From positions 5,394,001 through 5,458,000 of the forward strand of contig OZ176051.1 in NCBI GenBank assembly GCA_964247055.1: 64,000 nucleotides of DNA, read 5' to 3'. The stretch comes from Paragordius varius. Lineage: Eukaryota > Animalia > Nematomorpha. Made by a program: the position numbers and the translations under genes. The stretch's first letter is position 1. Each line of letters starts with the position of its first letter. The notes below the pieces were generated by a model that did not search any database, was not told where the DNA came from, and saw nothing but the letters and a program-made list of their open reading frames with translations. Positions 11,416 through 22,684 of this stretch are shown piece by piece.

Positions 11416-12673
11416 TCCTATATATTTATATGGAAAAGGCTGGCTTTGTCATCTGTTTCCGGAAAACCGGTAGACCCATTCAAATTCAAATGTCAAAAAA
11501 ATATTATCATTGATGAATGCCCCGACAATAGCTTCGTCCTTTTTTGAATTAGGCTCCCAGTTCAGGCGCACCACGTGTAAAAAGCGGTTTTTTAAAACAA
11601 CTCCAGAAAAATCGTGTCTTTGAGACAATTTTCCGGAAAACGTGCTGTACCTTTCGATTTCAAATATGATTATTTTTACTTTTTTTCGATTGCGCCGAAC
11701 ATAGTCGGCTTTTAATTTAGGCTCTCTTTTTACCCGTTCCCCCGTAATATGCCATTTTTTAAAAAAAAAACTAAAAATTTTTTTTCCCAGGGTATGAGAC
11801 CGTTAAAATTCATTGAGGATTCGATTTATTTTCTGTTAAAAGGCAAAAAAAATTGTCTTGTGTTTTTTAAATATTGGCTGCTGGGTAAACAGATAGCCGC
11901 TAAAACTTCGCCACTATATCGAAATTGCGGAGTTTTAGAACTAATCTACAGAAAATTTATGAAGCCATATGAGCTCATTAAAAGCTCGAAATACTACCCG
12001 TAACTAAAAAATTAATGTCGGGTTTTTTTATTAGCCGTTAATTTGGGGCTTTTATGCCCCAAAACCCTCATATAACGATTATTTAGTGTTAAGGTATTTC
12101 GTATAACTCATGAGACGATAGTATCAAAGAGGATTCCAAATATTTGCCCTATAAAGGCAAAGAATTATTCAGCGCTTTTTCCATATAGGTCTATGGGTGG
12201 GGTCTACCAGCTTAAAACCGAGACGCCATACAAAATAGGCGTAGATTTGGTGCTAATTTTCAAAATAATTAAGCCATACGAGTTCATTTAGACACAAATC
12301 TGGGAAATTTGTATAATATCAATCGTTCCTTTAAAAAGGGACCACAAATTACTTTTTATATCCCTTGATCCCAGGTGTATAAACACAGTTTAAAATTAGA
12401 ACTTTTAACCATGATTTCGTAAAACGAAAATTTTAAAATAAATCCAATAGTAGTTGAATATTAACTTTAATAAGGGACAGATTAAATATGGCTAATTTCG
12501 AGTAAACAATATTTCAGCCTATGCAAAAACCCGTAAAAGAATAATGAAAGACATTCTTTTTATTAAACATGTTTATTATTATTTTTTATCTCCAATAACT
12601 CTATTTATTGCAAATTATTAAGAATATTTGTCGGTGAGACTACGCCACGCCGAAGCGTGACAGGGCCTGCTAG
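11416..12673 (+). mobile_element. Non-autonomous Helitron-like element
   Basis: Host A|TCCTATATATTTATATGGAAAA at the 5' end. The 3' end has hairpin CACGC-CGAA-GCGTG (12646-12659), a 10-nt spacer, then CTAG|T (12670-12674). The body is homologous to the 60.5-63.4 kb repeat array. Confidence 0.65.
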
Positions 12674-12829
12674 TATCTTGTATATTACTATGAATCAATG
12701 TTATAGATATTTATAAAAAAAGTAGATTTTTTTGTCAATCTCACAAAACCGATATAATCCTGATAAATATTATCAACAAAATTTCGAAAAGTTATTTCGA
12801 AAAAACTATTATTTTTCTTTTATATTTGT

Positions 12830-12896
12830 TGGGGTCGTTAGGAAATCAGCAATCATAAATGGGGTCGGGACTACAAATGTTTAAGAAGCCCTGTCC
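12830..12896 (-). mobile_element. Terminal fragment of a hAT-like MITE (same family as 31354-31734)
   Basis: GTTGGGGTCGTT..ATCATAAATGGGGTCGGG..GTTTAAGAAGCCCTG is the reverse complement of the 31354-31420 end. Confidence 0.55.
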
Positions 12897-13278
12897 TAGA
12901 TATTTAAAAATTTATCGCGAAATATGGTGATTTTTGCGTTTATGAAACTAGTTTATTTTGATAGTGCGAAAAATTTAGGACTTTAGGGATCCGTATATAA
13001 AAATAGGAATTTTATATGAAGATCGTTTTCTTATTTATATACAGTTAAGGATATATTAAGTGATATATTTTAGAATCCACTAAGCTTCGGTCAAAAAAAT
13101 TAGATTTAAAAATGTGCCCAGATTTTGCCATTTTTTTATATCACTCGGAAGGGCAGAAAACAAAAACGCCATGATAATCCGGATACATTTTTTATTTGAA
13201 TATATGTTTGCTCTTCATCAGGATATATTTATGGACATTACATATTTATATATAGTATGCATTCTAAATAAGGCTTAT

Positions 13279-13366
13279 TTCACACTATAGTTGAGCAATT
13301 TGCAAACAGTAGTTTTTTCTTATTCCTTACAGTATTGTGTTGCAAATTGCCCAAGTATAGTGTGAA
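13279..13366. repeat. 27-bp inverted repeat (mini-MITE) about 180 bp upstream of WDR70
   Basis: TTCACACTATAGTTGAGCAATTTGCAA ... TTGCAAATTGCCCAAGTATAGTGTGAA, with 2 mismatches and a 34-nt unpaired spacer. Confidence 0.7.
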
Positions 13367-13547
13367 TATGCAACCATCAAAATGAATATTGTAAATATAT
13401 ATAATAGTTGTGTAAAGATAGAATTTAATTGATATGTGTATATATATAGGTGTTTGTACCTATCATTCATACAAAAAAAATTTCGTCAAACAACATAAAA
13501 TATTTTAAATAATTTATATGATTTGCACACATTCAATTTGATACGGT

Positions 13548-16500
13548 ATGGAAAAAAAAGCAAAAACTTTCGATATTGAGACTATGATTAGTTTGGCAAA
13601 AGAGAAAAATATTAGTTCAGGAAAACGATTGTATGAAGGTTAATAATAATAATTTTATTACCAGAGTCATTTAAGAAATTAGAAATTGACGTCAGTAAAG
13701 AAATCGATAAAGAGCAAGAATCTTCGGATGATACTGATTCAGAAACAGAAGTAGAAATTCCTGAAACCAAATCTAACATTGAGGTTCCTAAAAGTCGTCA
13801 TATATCTCTTGAACATAGTTACAAAACGGTATAATACATATAATAGTATAGATCACTGCTTTAGCTATTGATCAAAATGGCCATCGATTAATAAGTGGGT
13901 GCATGGGATATGAAATTAAACTTTGGGATTTTCATGGCATGGATTCAGAATTACAACCTTTTAGGGTTTTTGATGAGATGGTTGGCAAGTATTTAATTAT
14001 ATATCTTTGCATACGACAGTATTAAAATAACACTCATAAATTTTTAAATATTAAGATATTTCAAAGACTATGTAAAGAGCAAAAACATAAATATATTAAA
14101 TGGACTGTTCCGTTTATAATAAAACTAATAACGATCTGGCTATCATGCATGTGTAAGTTATTGTAGCCGTTTTATATTAAAATGAGTTTAATTTACATTA
14201 CGCTATCTACAGTGAATGGTTAAATTTTTTGTTGCATTAACTTTTTTAATAAGCATAATTATTTTACTAAATACTTTAGCAATCAAATAACTTCGTTGAG
14301 CTTTAATTGTCGGGGCGAACAAGTCCTTATTACAAGTGGTTCATCTCAACCCAAAATAATTGATAGGGAAGGACATGCCATTAAAACTTGCATAAAAGGC
14401 GACCAATACATTGTTGATACCATAAACACTTTGGTTAGTTTGTTTGCTAAATTTTATTTTATTTCTCTTTTTTTATTAACTATAAATATTATTTTTTTTT
14501 ATTTTTCCCTTTAAAAAAATGTTATATCATTAATTTTATATGAAATTTAAAAATAGGGTCATATAGCATTTGTTAATGAAGGATGTTGGCACCCTAGAAA
14601 CCGGGATGAGTTTATGACATGTTCAAATGATGGGTATATAAATTGTGTTTTTTAGTTTTTCTCATATTTTTCTTTCTGATATTTAATTTAATTTAAAAAT
14701 TTTTAAAATCGGGTTATTTTTAATATCATTTTAATATTAAACAAATAAATTAAATTTTTAGGTTAAGATATTATGAAATTTTGTTACTCAGTTATTTTAA
14801 TTAATAATCAAAAATTTAATGTTTTACTATTTATGTAGAACTGTCAGAACTTGGAATGTTGAAACATGCGATAAAAAATACCATGAAATTATAAAAATTA
14901 AAGGGAAAAATGGTGCCAGAGTTATACCTACCGGATGCGCTTATGACGGGTATATATAAATTTATTTTAAATTATTTAAAACTTTTTTCTGCTATTGAAA
15001 TTCGAAGTTCCTTTTGCCTTGTTAGCAATGTGATTATATTATGTTTTAATCTAAACTTTAAATTATGGAAACAAAACGTTTAATATTGATTATTTTTTTC
15101 ACAAAGAAATATATTTTATAAAGCTTTTGAAAAATTTATATATATATATATATATATATTATCATTTTGGCTTCCAAATTGTTTCACAACATAATTATAT
15201 AGCCATTTTCAAAAAAATAAGTGTGAAAAAATATGTTTTTCTATCTAAAAAATTTTTTATTTTATCTTTTTTATAATTTTGTTTTTTCACACAAATTTAA
15301 TTTTTATTTTTAGGAGTGGTAATTTATTGACAGCATACTCTTCTGATGGTTCTTTACAAATTTGGGATCGACGGAAAAAATTGGTAAAAAAATTAATTTT
15401 CTTTTTCATTCAACAGTTTAGATTTTGATTGTTAAAAGCATAAAATTGGGCGCATATGAATGCAGACATTAACGGTCATAAAGCAGTCGTTTATTATTAT
15501 AAATGCAAAATAGGTTATAATTTAACAAAAACATATTAAATATTTTCGGTTAGTTATAATATAAACATTGTGACAATTGATTGATTTGAAAAATATTTAA
15601 AGATTTTACATAAAATTTGTTTTGTCCATAACTTTATATTAATTTTTGTCTCTTAAAGTGGTAAACCCCTATTAATGTAATATTTAAATGGCTATTTTTA
15701 TTTAAAAAATGCTTAAAAACCGATTGGGTACAATACCAATTATATCTAAAATAATATCTGATTTATGATGCTTTATCAGAAAGTGTATCATAATAATATA
15801 GTTTAATCGCAAATGTTACCATGAAAATTGTAACATTCATAAATGTTTTACTTGTATTCTTATGATTTATATTATATATTATTAATATTTTTAAATAAAA
15901 GTTATTTTGTTTTACCTGTTAAAGTAACATATTTTTCAAAAATCATAACAAGTTTTTTAGGAAAAAATATTATAAAATTACTCAATAACTATAATTATAT
16001 ATCTAAAACATTTAGGTAAATGCCATATTCGTTGTACGCAATGGACATGAGTTAGGTAGTGAAGGGACTCTTACTTACGCTTATGATAATATGTGTATTG
16101 CAACACGTACAACTGATGGTACACTTAAACTTTGGGATATTAGAACACTTTCCGGAAATAACTCAAACTCATCATCTCAAACGAGTAGCAGCATTAATAA
16201 TAATTCGAGGGATTACCGCCATAACAAATCGATAAAGGAATGGCATGGATTATATAATCGATATGCTATGTAAGTTTTTATTATGAAATTAGATAGTATA
16301 CCAAGTTTGATGGGGTAAAAAAAGTTTTTCTCATATATTTATGTGGAATTAAATCTCTTATTTGTATAAATGAAAAAAATCACAAAAAATTAAAAGTAAC
16401 AAATATTAACACCACCAGTATATTGGTCGGTATGAAAATGTAAAAATTTCCGAATATATTTGCAAGATCTATATGGACAAATTCAAAAAAGTCATATTAT

Positions 16501-17665
16501 GCGATTAATAGGCATTGTATATAATTTAAATTTAAAAAAATTCATTTACATAAAATGACGTAAAAAATGGATTTACTCACAGTATACTTAAAGAACAAGA
16601 TTTGACGTTTGTATTTTTTAGGACTTGAATACACGCTGAGGGAGTTTGTTATTTTACTGAAATATATTTTTGAAATCCTCATCAAACCCCATTGCCCCAT
16701 TATTTTCAATATTAGTTAAACTCAGTATAATTTTGTTTATAATCATTTCCAACTTTTAAATAAACGAAGAATAAGGAAAAAATGACAAAATAAGTCATTG
16801 GTAATGAGCTTATTAAAACTCTCATCTATAAGATAAACCATATAATATTTTAATTTTTTACAATTTGTAAAACATTTCAATCCAAGTAATATTTATGCTT
16901 TTCGATACATTATGCATTTTTCTACCGAATGTCTATTTTAACGTTTTATAATAATTTATATATTGTTTTCAAACATTATGTTTGATTTAATTTACAGGAC
17001 AAATTGTGTATTTTCACCTAACGATCGATTAATTTGTACACCCACATCTCAAAACATCAAAGCCAACATAAGTGGAAAATTGGTATTTATGGATCGACTC
17101 ACTGGCACGCCAGATAATTCAATTAATAATAATGCAATCAAAAAAACCACTAAAAATAATGAAAACAATATTACGAATGATAATGGAAATAAAAATTTGG
17201 ATATATTGGAGGAAATAGCTCTAACACCTCTTGATAGTCAAATTAATCCAGAAAATCAAAAAAATAAATTTACAAACGAAAAATATGAGGTATTTTTAAC
17301 AGTTACCAATTATTTTATCAAAAAAAACTTTTTAGTTTTTTAATCTTTAAGGCATTTTTTCTAAATCTTAATGTAAATCATTATTTATATTTGTGTATTT
17401 TGTGACTTTAATTTTTTAAATTTTTTACCTGTAGGAAAATGAAGTTGTAGGAGGTGTCCGTGTCCTTTGGCATCCAAAACTCAATCAAATCGCATTGGGT
17501 CAAACTGATGGCGTAGTTCAAGTCTATTTTGATAACAAAATTAGTCATAAGTATGTGTCTTTATTTATTAATATTAAGTTTTTTTTTTTGATAATTTTTT
17601 TAAAAGTTTTGGCAAGAATGTTTTTAATAGGTCCATTTTTTATTGTGTCACCATATTTTTTTGAT

Positions 17666-17709
<44 letters not shown>

Positions 17710-18733
17710 TATAATTACAAATATGTTTCAACAATAAAATTTTTTTTATTTAGACCACGACGTTTTATATAACAATTATATCTCTAATTTATATTAATTG
17801 CTTTAGTGGTGCGTTGCTGTGTGCCGATGTTCACCGAGTCCGTAGGCAAGATGTCTTTACGGATGAAAAACCTTATGCTTTTAATCCTGACATGTTACCA
17901 GATTACGATGACCACGATGCCGACGAATTGGTCGAATTGGAAAAACAATCGAGAACTATGAATCAAAGATCGTACAAACCTGAAATGCCTGTTACTGGCC
18001 CAGGTTTATTTCATACCTATCTTTTTTATTGGATTTGATTTAGCCTTTAAGCTTTGAGATATTGAGTAAAAAATTGTTGAAATTCGATTTTTTAACAAAC
18101 AATGATGTTTACTAGGTTTTGGTGAAAGTATAAAATTTAAATTATCAAAAAAATGTTTGAGAAAATGTTTTGTTTCAGTGTTTATCATCTTAACTAAAAA
18201 ATTTCTCCCTACTCTTGTATATTTAACCATTATTTTTGTAATGTAGTTCATAAATTTGAAACAACTCAGATTTATTTGTTTAGATTATATAGCATATACT
18301 ATCACTAAATTTTAATATCGTACCTTTTTTTATTTTAAAGATATCCTTAAATTTTTATATCATACCTTTTTTTTATTTTCCACGAAAACAATATAGGTAT
18401 TGGGGGTAGGATAGCTCCCATGGGTGGTACATTACACTCTTTCATAATCAAAAATTTGGCACTTGCTAAACCCGTTGATGATAAACAGAATCCACGTGAA
18501 GCACTTCTCAAACATGCAAAAGCCGCTTCCGAAAACCCATATTGGACTAAAGCTTATCAAAAGTATTAATTATTTATATTTTGCGCATTTTTTACCAAAT
18601 TATATCTGTTTGTTTTTTTATCTATTATAGAAATCAACCTAAACCCGTATTTGATGAAAATGCAAACATTGATGATATAATTATACCTTTGCATACGAAA
18701 GAAGACCATCCGAAAAGATTACGTTACAATTGA
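13548..18733 (+). CDS. WDR70: WD repeat-containing protein 70 (gastrulation defective-1 homolog)
   Basis: 13 exons: 13548-13638, 13665-13828, 13852-13988, 14280-14433, 14557-14633, 14839-14949, 15314-15383, 16016-16269, 16998-17289, 17435-17550, 17807-18003, 18397-18562 and 18631-18733. Motifs KKAKTFDIETM, LEHSYKT|ITALAID..RLISG..KLWDFHGMD, KIIDREG..CIKGDQYIVD, GH..WHPRNRDEFMTCSNDG, LWHPKLNQI, KPEMPVTGPG.GGRI...GGTLHSFIIKNLAL and NPREALLKHAKAASENPYW all match WDR70. Confidence 0.97.
13639..13664 (+). other. 26-nt micro-intron (WDR70 intron 1)
   Basis: GTTAATAATAATAATTTTATTACCAG, phase 1. Retention gives an immediate GGT TAA. Removal joins the KKAKTFD exon in frame to the acidic linker. Confidence 0.88.
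13829..13851 (+). other. 23-nt micro-intron (WDR70 intron 2)
   Basis: GTATAATACATATAATAGTATAG, phase 0. Retention gives GTA TAA. Removal gives LEHSYKT|ITALAID (human LKHGTKT-VSALGLD). The internal AG (18 nt) is out of frame. Confidence 0.95.
17669..17703. repeat. (TA)n microsatellite in a WDR70 intron
   Basis: Direct reading of an uninterrupted AT dinucleotide run. Confidence 0.95.
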
Positions 18734-18989
18734 ATTAAATTATATTGAATATACTATTTTATTTTCTTTAAATAAATGTGTTTACATGTCATAATTTCGT
18801 TAAAATTTAAAATTGAATAAACATGATAAATGTTATATGTTATATAAATAACCTTGATTTCAAAAATTTCAAATGCTGTGATGCGTTAAAAATGCTTTTT
18901 TACATTGCGAATGGATAAAATGACATAAATTTTTTATTATACTATTGAGCGACATATGGTATTGAATAATACTATAAATTACATTTTAT

Positions 18990-19480
18990 GTCTGTTGTAA
19001 CGCCAAAGAAACTAAAATTGGATTTCCTATCGATTTTATGTTTTGTGGCAATATTTTGCTCATTGAAAAGTCAGTTAGAACCAAATTTTAATTCTGTTAA
19101 CGGACAAAGGGTAAAACCCTGTGACGATGCAATATGTAATAAATTATTGTGCGGTCGATGTTATACCGATGCATTTGGCTACCTAACTTCCCAATGTAAG
19201 TCTTCTTTTATCCATTTTTAGAATTAATTGCATAAGTAATTTGTATACAAAAAAAGATTCTATTTTAACATTTCACCAATCCATTTTTTATCCAATATAA
19301 CGGGTATCATACCTGCAGATATTATAGTAGGTTTCTTGAATTCGTTGCGTTCAGCCCGATCGCTGTAGAAATAGCTCAATGTATAAAATAATATTCCTGC
19401 CTAAAATTAATGAGGAATTAGTCGGGAAATGTACATCTTTAAAAATAAAAATAGAAATCAGGCGCTTTTTATATAAGCCA
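18990..19480 (-). mobile_element. Highly decayed LINE apurinic-endonuclease fragment
   Basis: Stop-riddled minus-strand translation DVHFPTN..KPTIISAG..VILDKK..EDLHWEVR*PNAS..HIASSQGFTLC resembles the NVYAPN / TIIGGDFN..LD / DL.DVWR..NP / SRIDF.L APE motifs. Confidence 0.4.
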
Positions 19481-20537
19481 TCCTTTGAATTAACCACTTA
19501 TTATGATTTCGGTACGAATTATAACCAAATCAAAGGAAAACGCATCAAAGCATATTCTTATGGTATTACTAAATGTGCATATCATGATCAAGCGCTTTTT
19601 TGATTTTTTCCCACCCTAATATAATAGTCTCTCTTAAAAATATTTATAGGTCTTAAATTTCGTAAGTCGTAAAAAATTTCACCTATTATTAATTGAACAT
19701 TAAGCGTAATTTGTGGTTTTTAAGATATCATAAGTATATAAATTTTCATATAAATTGGTAAAATAAACCTTAGCATTAAACTGCGACCGATAAAACTCCG
19801 AATAAAAAAATGTAAATTAGTCTGATTTTTTTAAAATCCCATTTTTAATAATCGATTTACGTACATTTTTAATTTTTTAAATTTTAACCGCGATAATTAG
19901 TTTATATACGCATTTGACCTCTAAATTAACGCACAAAAGTCTCGATTACCCGTTAAAAATTTAAATACGGTCGAATTTTGAGATGAAAATAGTAGGAAAA
20001 AACACATAATTGCATTTTAATATATAAATAGAAGGAATATTTTAAATTTTGAATTAAACCGAAATCCGATTTTTATTTTAGATACTAGTTTGTATTAATT
20101 TTTAAGCTAAAACCTATGTTTTCCCCGACGCTAACTTATTATTGTTTTTTCACAAAGATTATGTTTATAATCCGTGTATAAAAATATATTACAAGATAAA
20201 TTGGTTATATAATTAATTCTTTTGTAGCATGGTCTTAGTTCAAAAATTAAAAAGTTAGTCAAACACCATCATATCTCACATTTATAGTTGTAACCAAACG
20301 GTTTCCTAATACCTTGTATATAATATCTTAAATCATCTCCTCCCCGTGTCAAAACTACCACTATGCCCTAGATATATTTCGTCAAAGATGGTGGTCTTCT
20401 TGTACCTTTGCATTAAATTTTTTGATCACATGGCGACCATCTTCACTTCTTTCGTATGTTGCATGTAAATGCTAGAATAAATTGGGAATAAAATTTTAGA
20501 CCAAATGGATCTGGTTTTATCTCAAGACGTTGCGTAA

Positions 20538-20784
20538 TATCAATTTACATTTCCAAACCCTTGAACAATTCAAATTCACCCTAGTATATGCGTTTTTTAA
20601 GATTAAAAATACCTATATTTTTTAAAAAATGAAATTTTGTTCAAAATTAAAATAATACTGAAAAAATAATAAAGTATGTCATAAAAAATTTCATATTAAT
20701 AATCTATATATTAGCCCGAAAACACATAATTTATTTTTATTGTGAATTTAAATTGTTCAAGGATTCGAATTGTAAATGGTATAT
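20538..20784. mobile_element. Foldback-type MITE, copy 2
   Basis: Same 21-bp subrepeat arms and core; ends GAATTGTAAATGGTATA. Confidence 0.7.
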
Positions 20785-20919
20785 TATCGCAATCTATTCT
20801 TTCATATGTGTGATACCCAGGCTCTTGAAAACAATAATTATTTATATCATCATTAAATCGGAAATATTTATGTGTTTGAATAACGAAAACTTATATATTA
20901 ACAACCACGGTAAGCCCAT

Positions 20920-21420
20920 AACACCCCCAAATCATGCTCTGTTACACATTCCCCGCTATGCCATTTCATTTCGATTCCAAACTGCTCCTCAAAAGCTCGA
21001 TTTAGCCTTGATTAAAACCCACAGTTCCACCATTAACGATTGTTTTTCCATTTTCAAAGTTAATTTGCCGATCAGCGATGCTACCGCCCCGGAATCAAAT
21101 AACATTTGCATCTAACTATCATTTATTGTAACAATCGTAGTGGAATTTTTTTATCGTTAACACGATTTATTCGCCTCCTAAATGATTAAGCACACCCTAA
21201 AACATTTCATTAATGCCTGACATTATTCGAACGATAAATTAACCAACATCTGTTACGTTGTTGAACATTTGCGATATGCGACCTTTTCGCATCTATAATG
21301 GCGGATTGATTTCCCATCATTGACCCTTCTACCGCTTCGTGCGCCGATTCGATCTCATTTCCAATGCAATGAGTTTTCCCTCACGAAACACATTTTGATT
21401 TTGCGCAGAAAAATTCAAGA
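20920..21420 (-). mobile_element. Decayed LINE (RTE-like) endonuclease fragment
   Basis: Frameshifted pieces RSGRRVNDGKSIRH, VGFNQG and F*GAVWNRNE(NG) resemble SG..DGK..HGVG and VG..FGLGNRNENG of RTE endonucleases. GC content is above the flanks. Confidence 0.35.
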
Positions 21421-22528
21421 TGTATGGGACCAGAGTTCAATCAATAACAGCAATTAATTAAAGAGATCGTTAAAAAACATAATATAAATTTACAATTTAA
21501 TTTATTGGTTTGGAAAGATTTTTTACAATACAGGCATGACATGACACTGTGTTGCCAAATAGTAAACAAGAGTTTTATTTAAATCAGGAGATAAATTACG
21601 TGAGGTTTTAATTTGGATTTATTGGTAAAATTTTTCACATTCTGGATTTAAACAATATCTAATTGCTTTGAAAAACCATAAGTATTTTGAGAACAAAGGG
21701 ATGAATACACAAAGCAGCTACATGGGTGTTTCGACATAGAAGTAAAACATGGCCACTGACGTAAACGCAGGATAAATGGTTAATTAAAACCGGAGAACGC
21801 TAAAAAAATAGTTTTTAATAAAATAATATAATTTTGGTGTGATATTTATGTAATTTACGTAATTATCCATTTTTATGTTTAATTTTAGTTAACGCCTTGT
21901 CATTTCATGTGAACTGCATGTATCTGCCTTATACATTGGCCATGATATTGATTTTAAGATTAAATGTTTAATTAAAAATATTGTATAACGTTTGATCAAA
22001 TTGAGGCTTATAAACGCATATACATTTATAAAACTATGCAATAGTACTCAGTGCTTTTGGTTTGGAAACTACAACATGTAAGAAAGTTATATACAATTTC
22101 TATTAGAACATTTGTATTGGAAAATTCCTAAATTTTACACAACGGTAAAAAACAAAGTAAAAATTGGTTATTAATTGTAATAAATGTATATATTATAAAT
22201 TTAGGTTGTCCATCATTCCCTTCAAATTGTCCATTGAGAATGAGATATAGTTATAGAAATTGCGTTTTTTGCGCACAAGGTTAGTGCTTTTTAATATAAT
22301 CATCCCATTATTTATTTACAATATATGTATAACGGACAAAACGTAATATTATTCTTGATTTTTTAAATAATCATTGTCTAAAATTGGAAAATATGAACAC
22401 AATCTATCATATATTTTAGAATTGTAAAATATAAAATTAATGAAAAAATAAGGTTTAAATAAGTATGGTTGTTTTTTTGAAAAAAATATTTGTCTGCATT
22501 TTTATTTCTGTATAATTTAAATTATAAC

Positions 22529-22565
<37 letters not shown>

Positions 22566-22684
22566 GTTTAGCGGATAATTCAAGCTAGAGCATTATAACA
22601 AGCCATAAATATCTTTTGTCTGCTATCTGAAATAATAAATATCAGAAAAAAATTAATTTATTATTATTATTGATATTTCGTACG

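Noticed and set aside
13985-13990. GC-AG intron donor (GCAAGT) in WDR70
   Set aside because: It gives the wrong phase (stop in the next exon). The GT donor at 13989 fits.
18988-19603. Possible small secreted Cys-rich gene on + with a 26-nt GT-AG segment at 19196-19221
   Set aside because: Splicing it creates an immediate TAA, and the opposite strand reads better as a decayed LINE endonuclease. It is not counted as a micro-intron.
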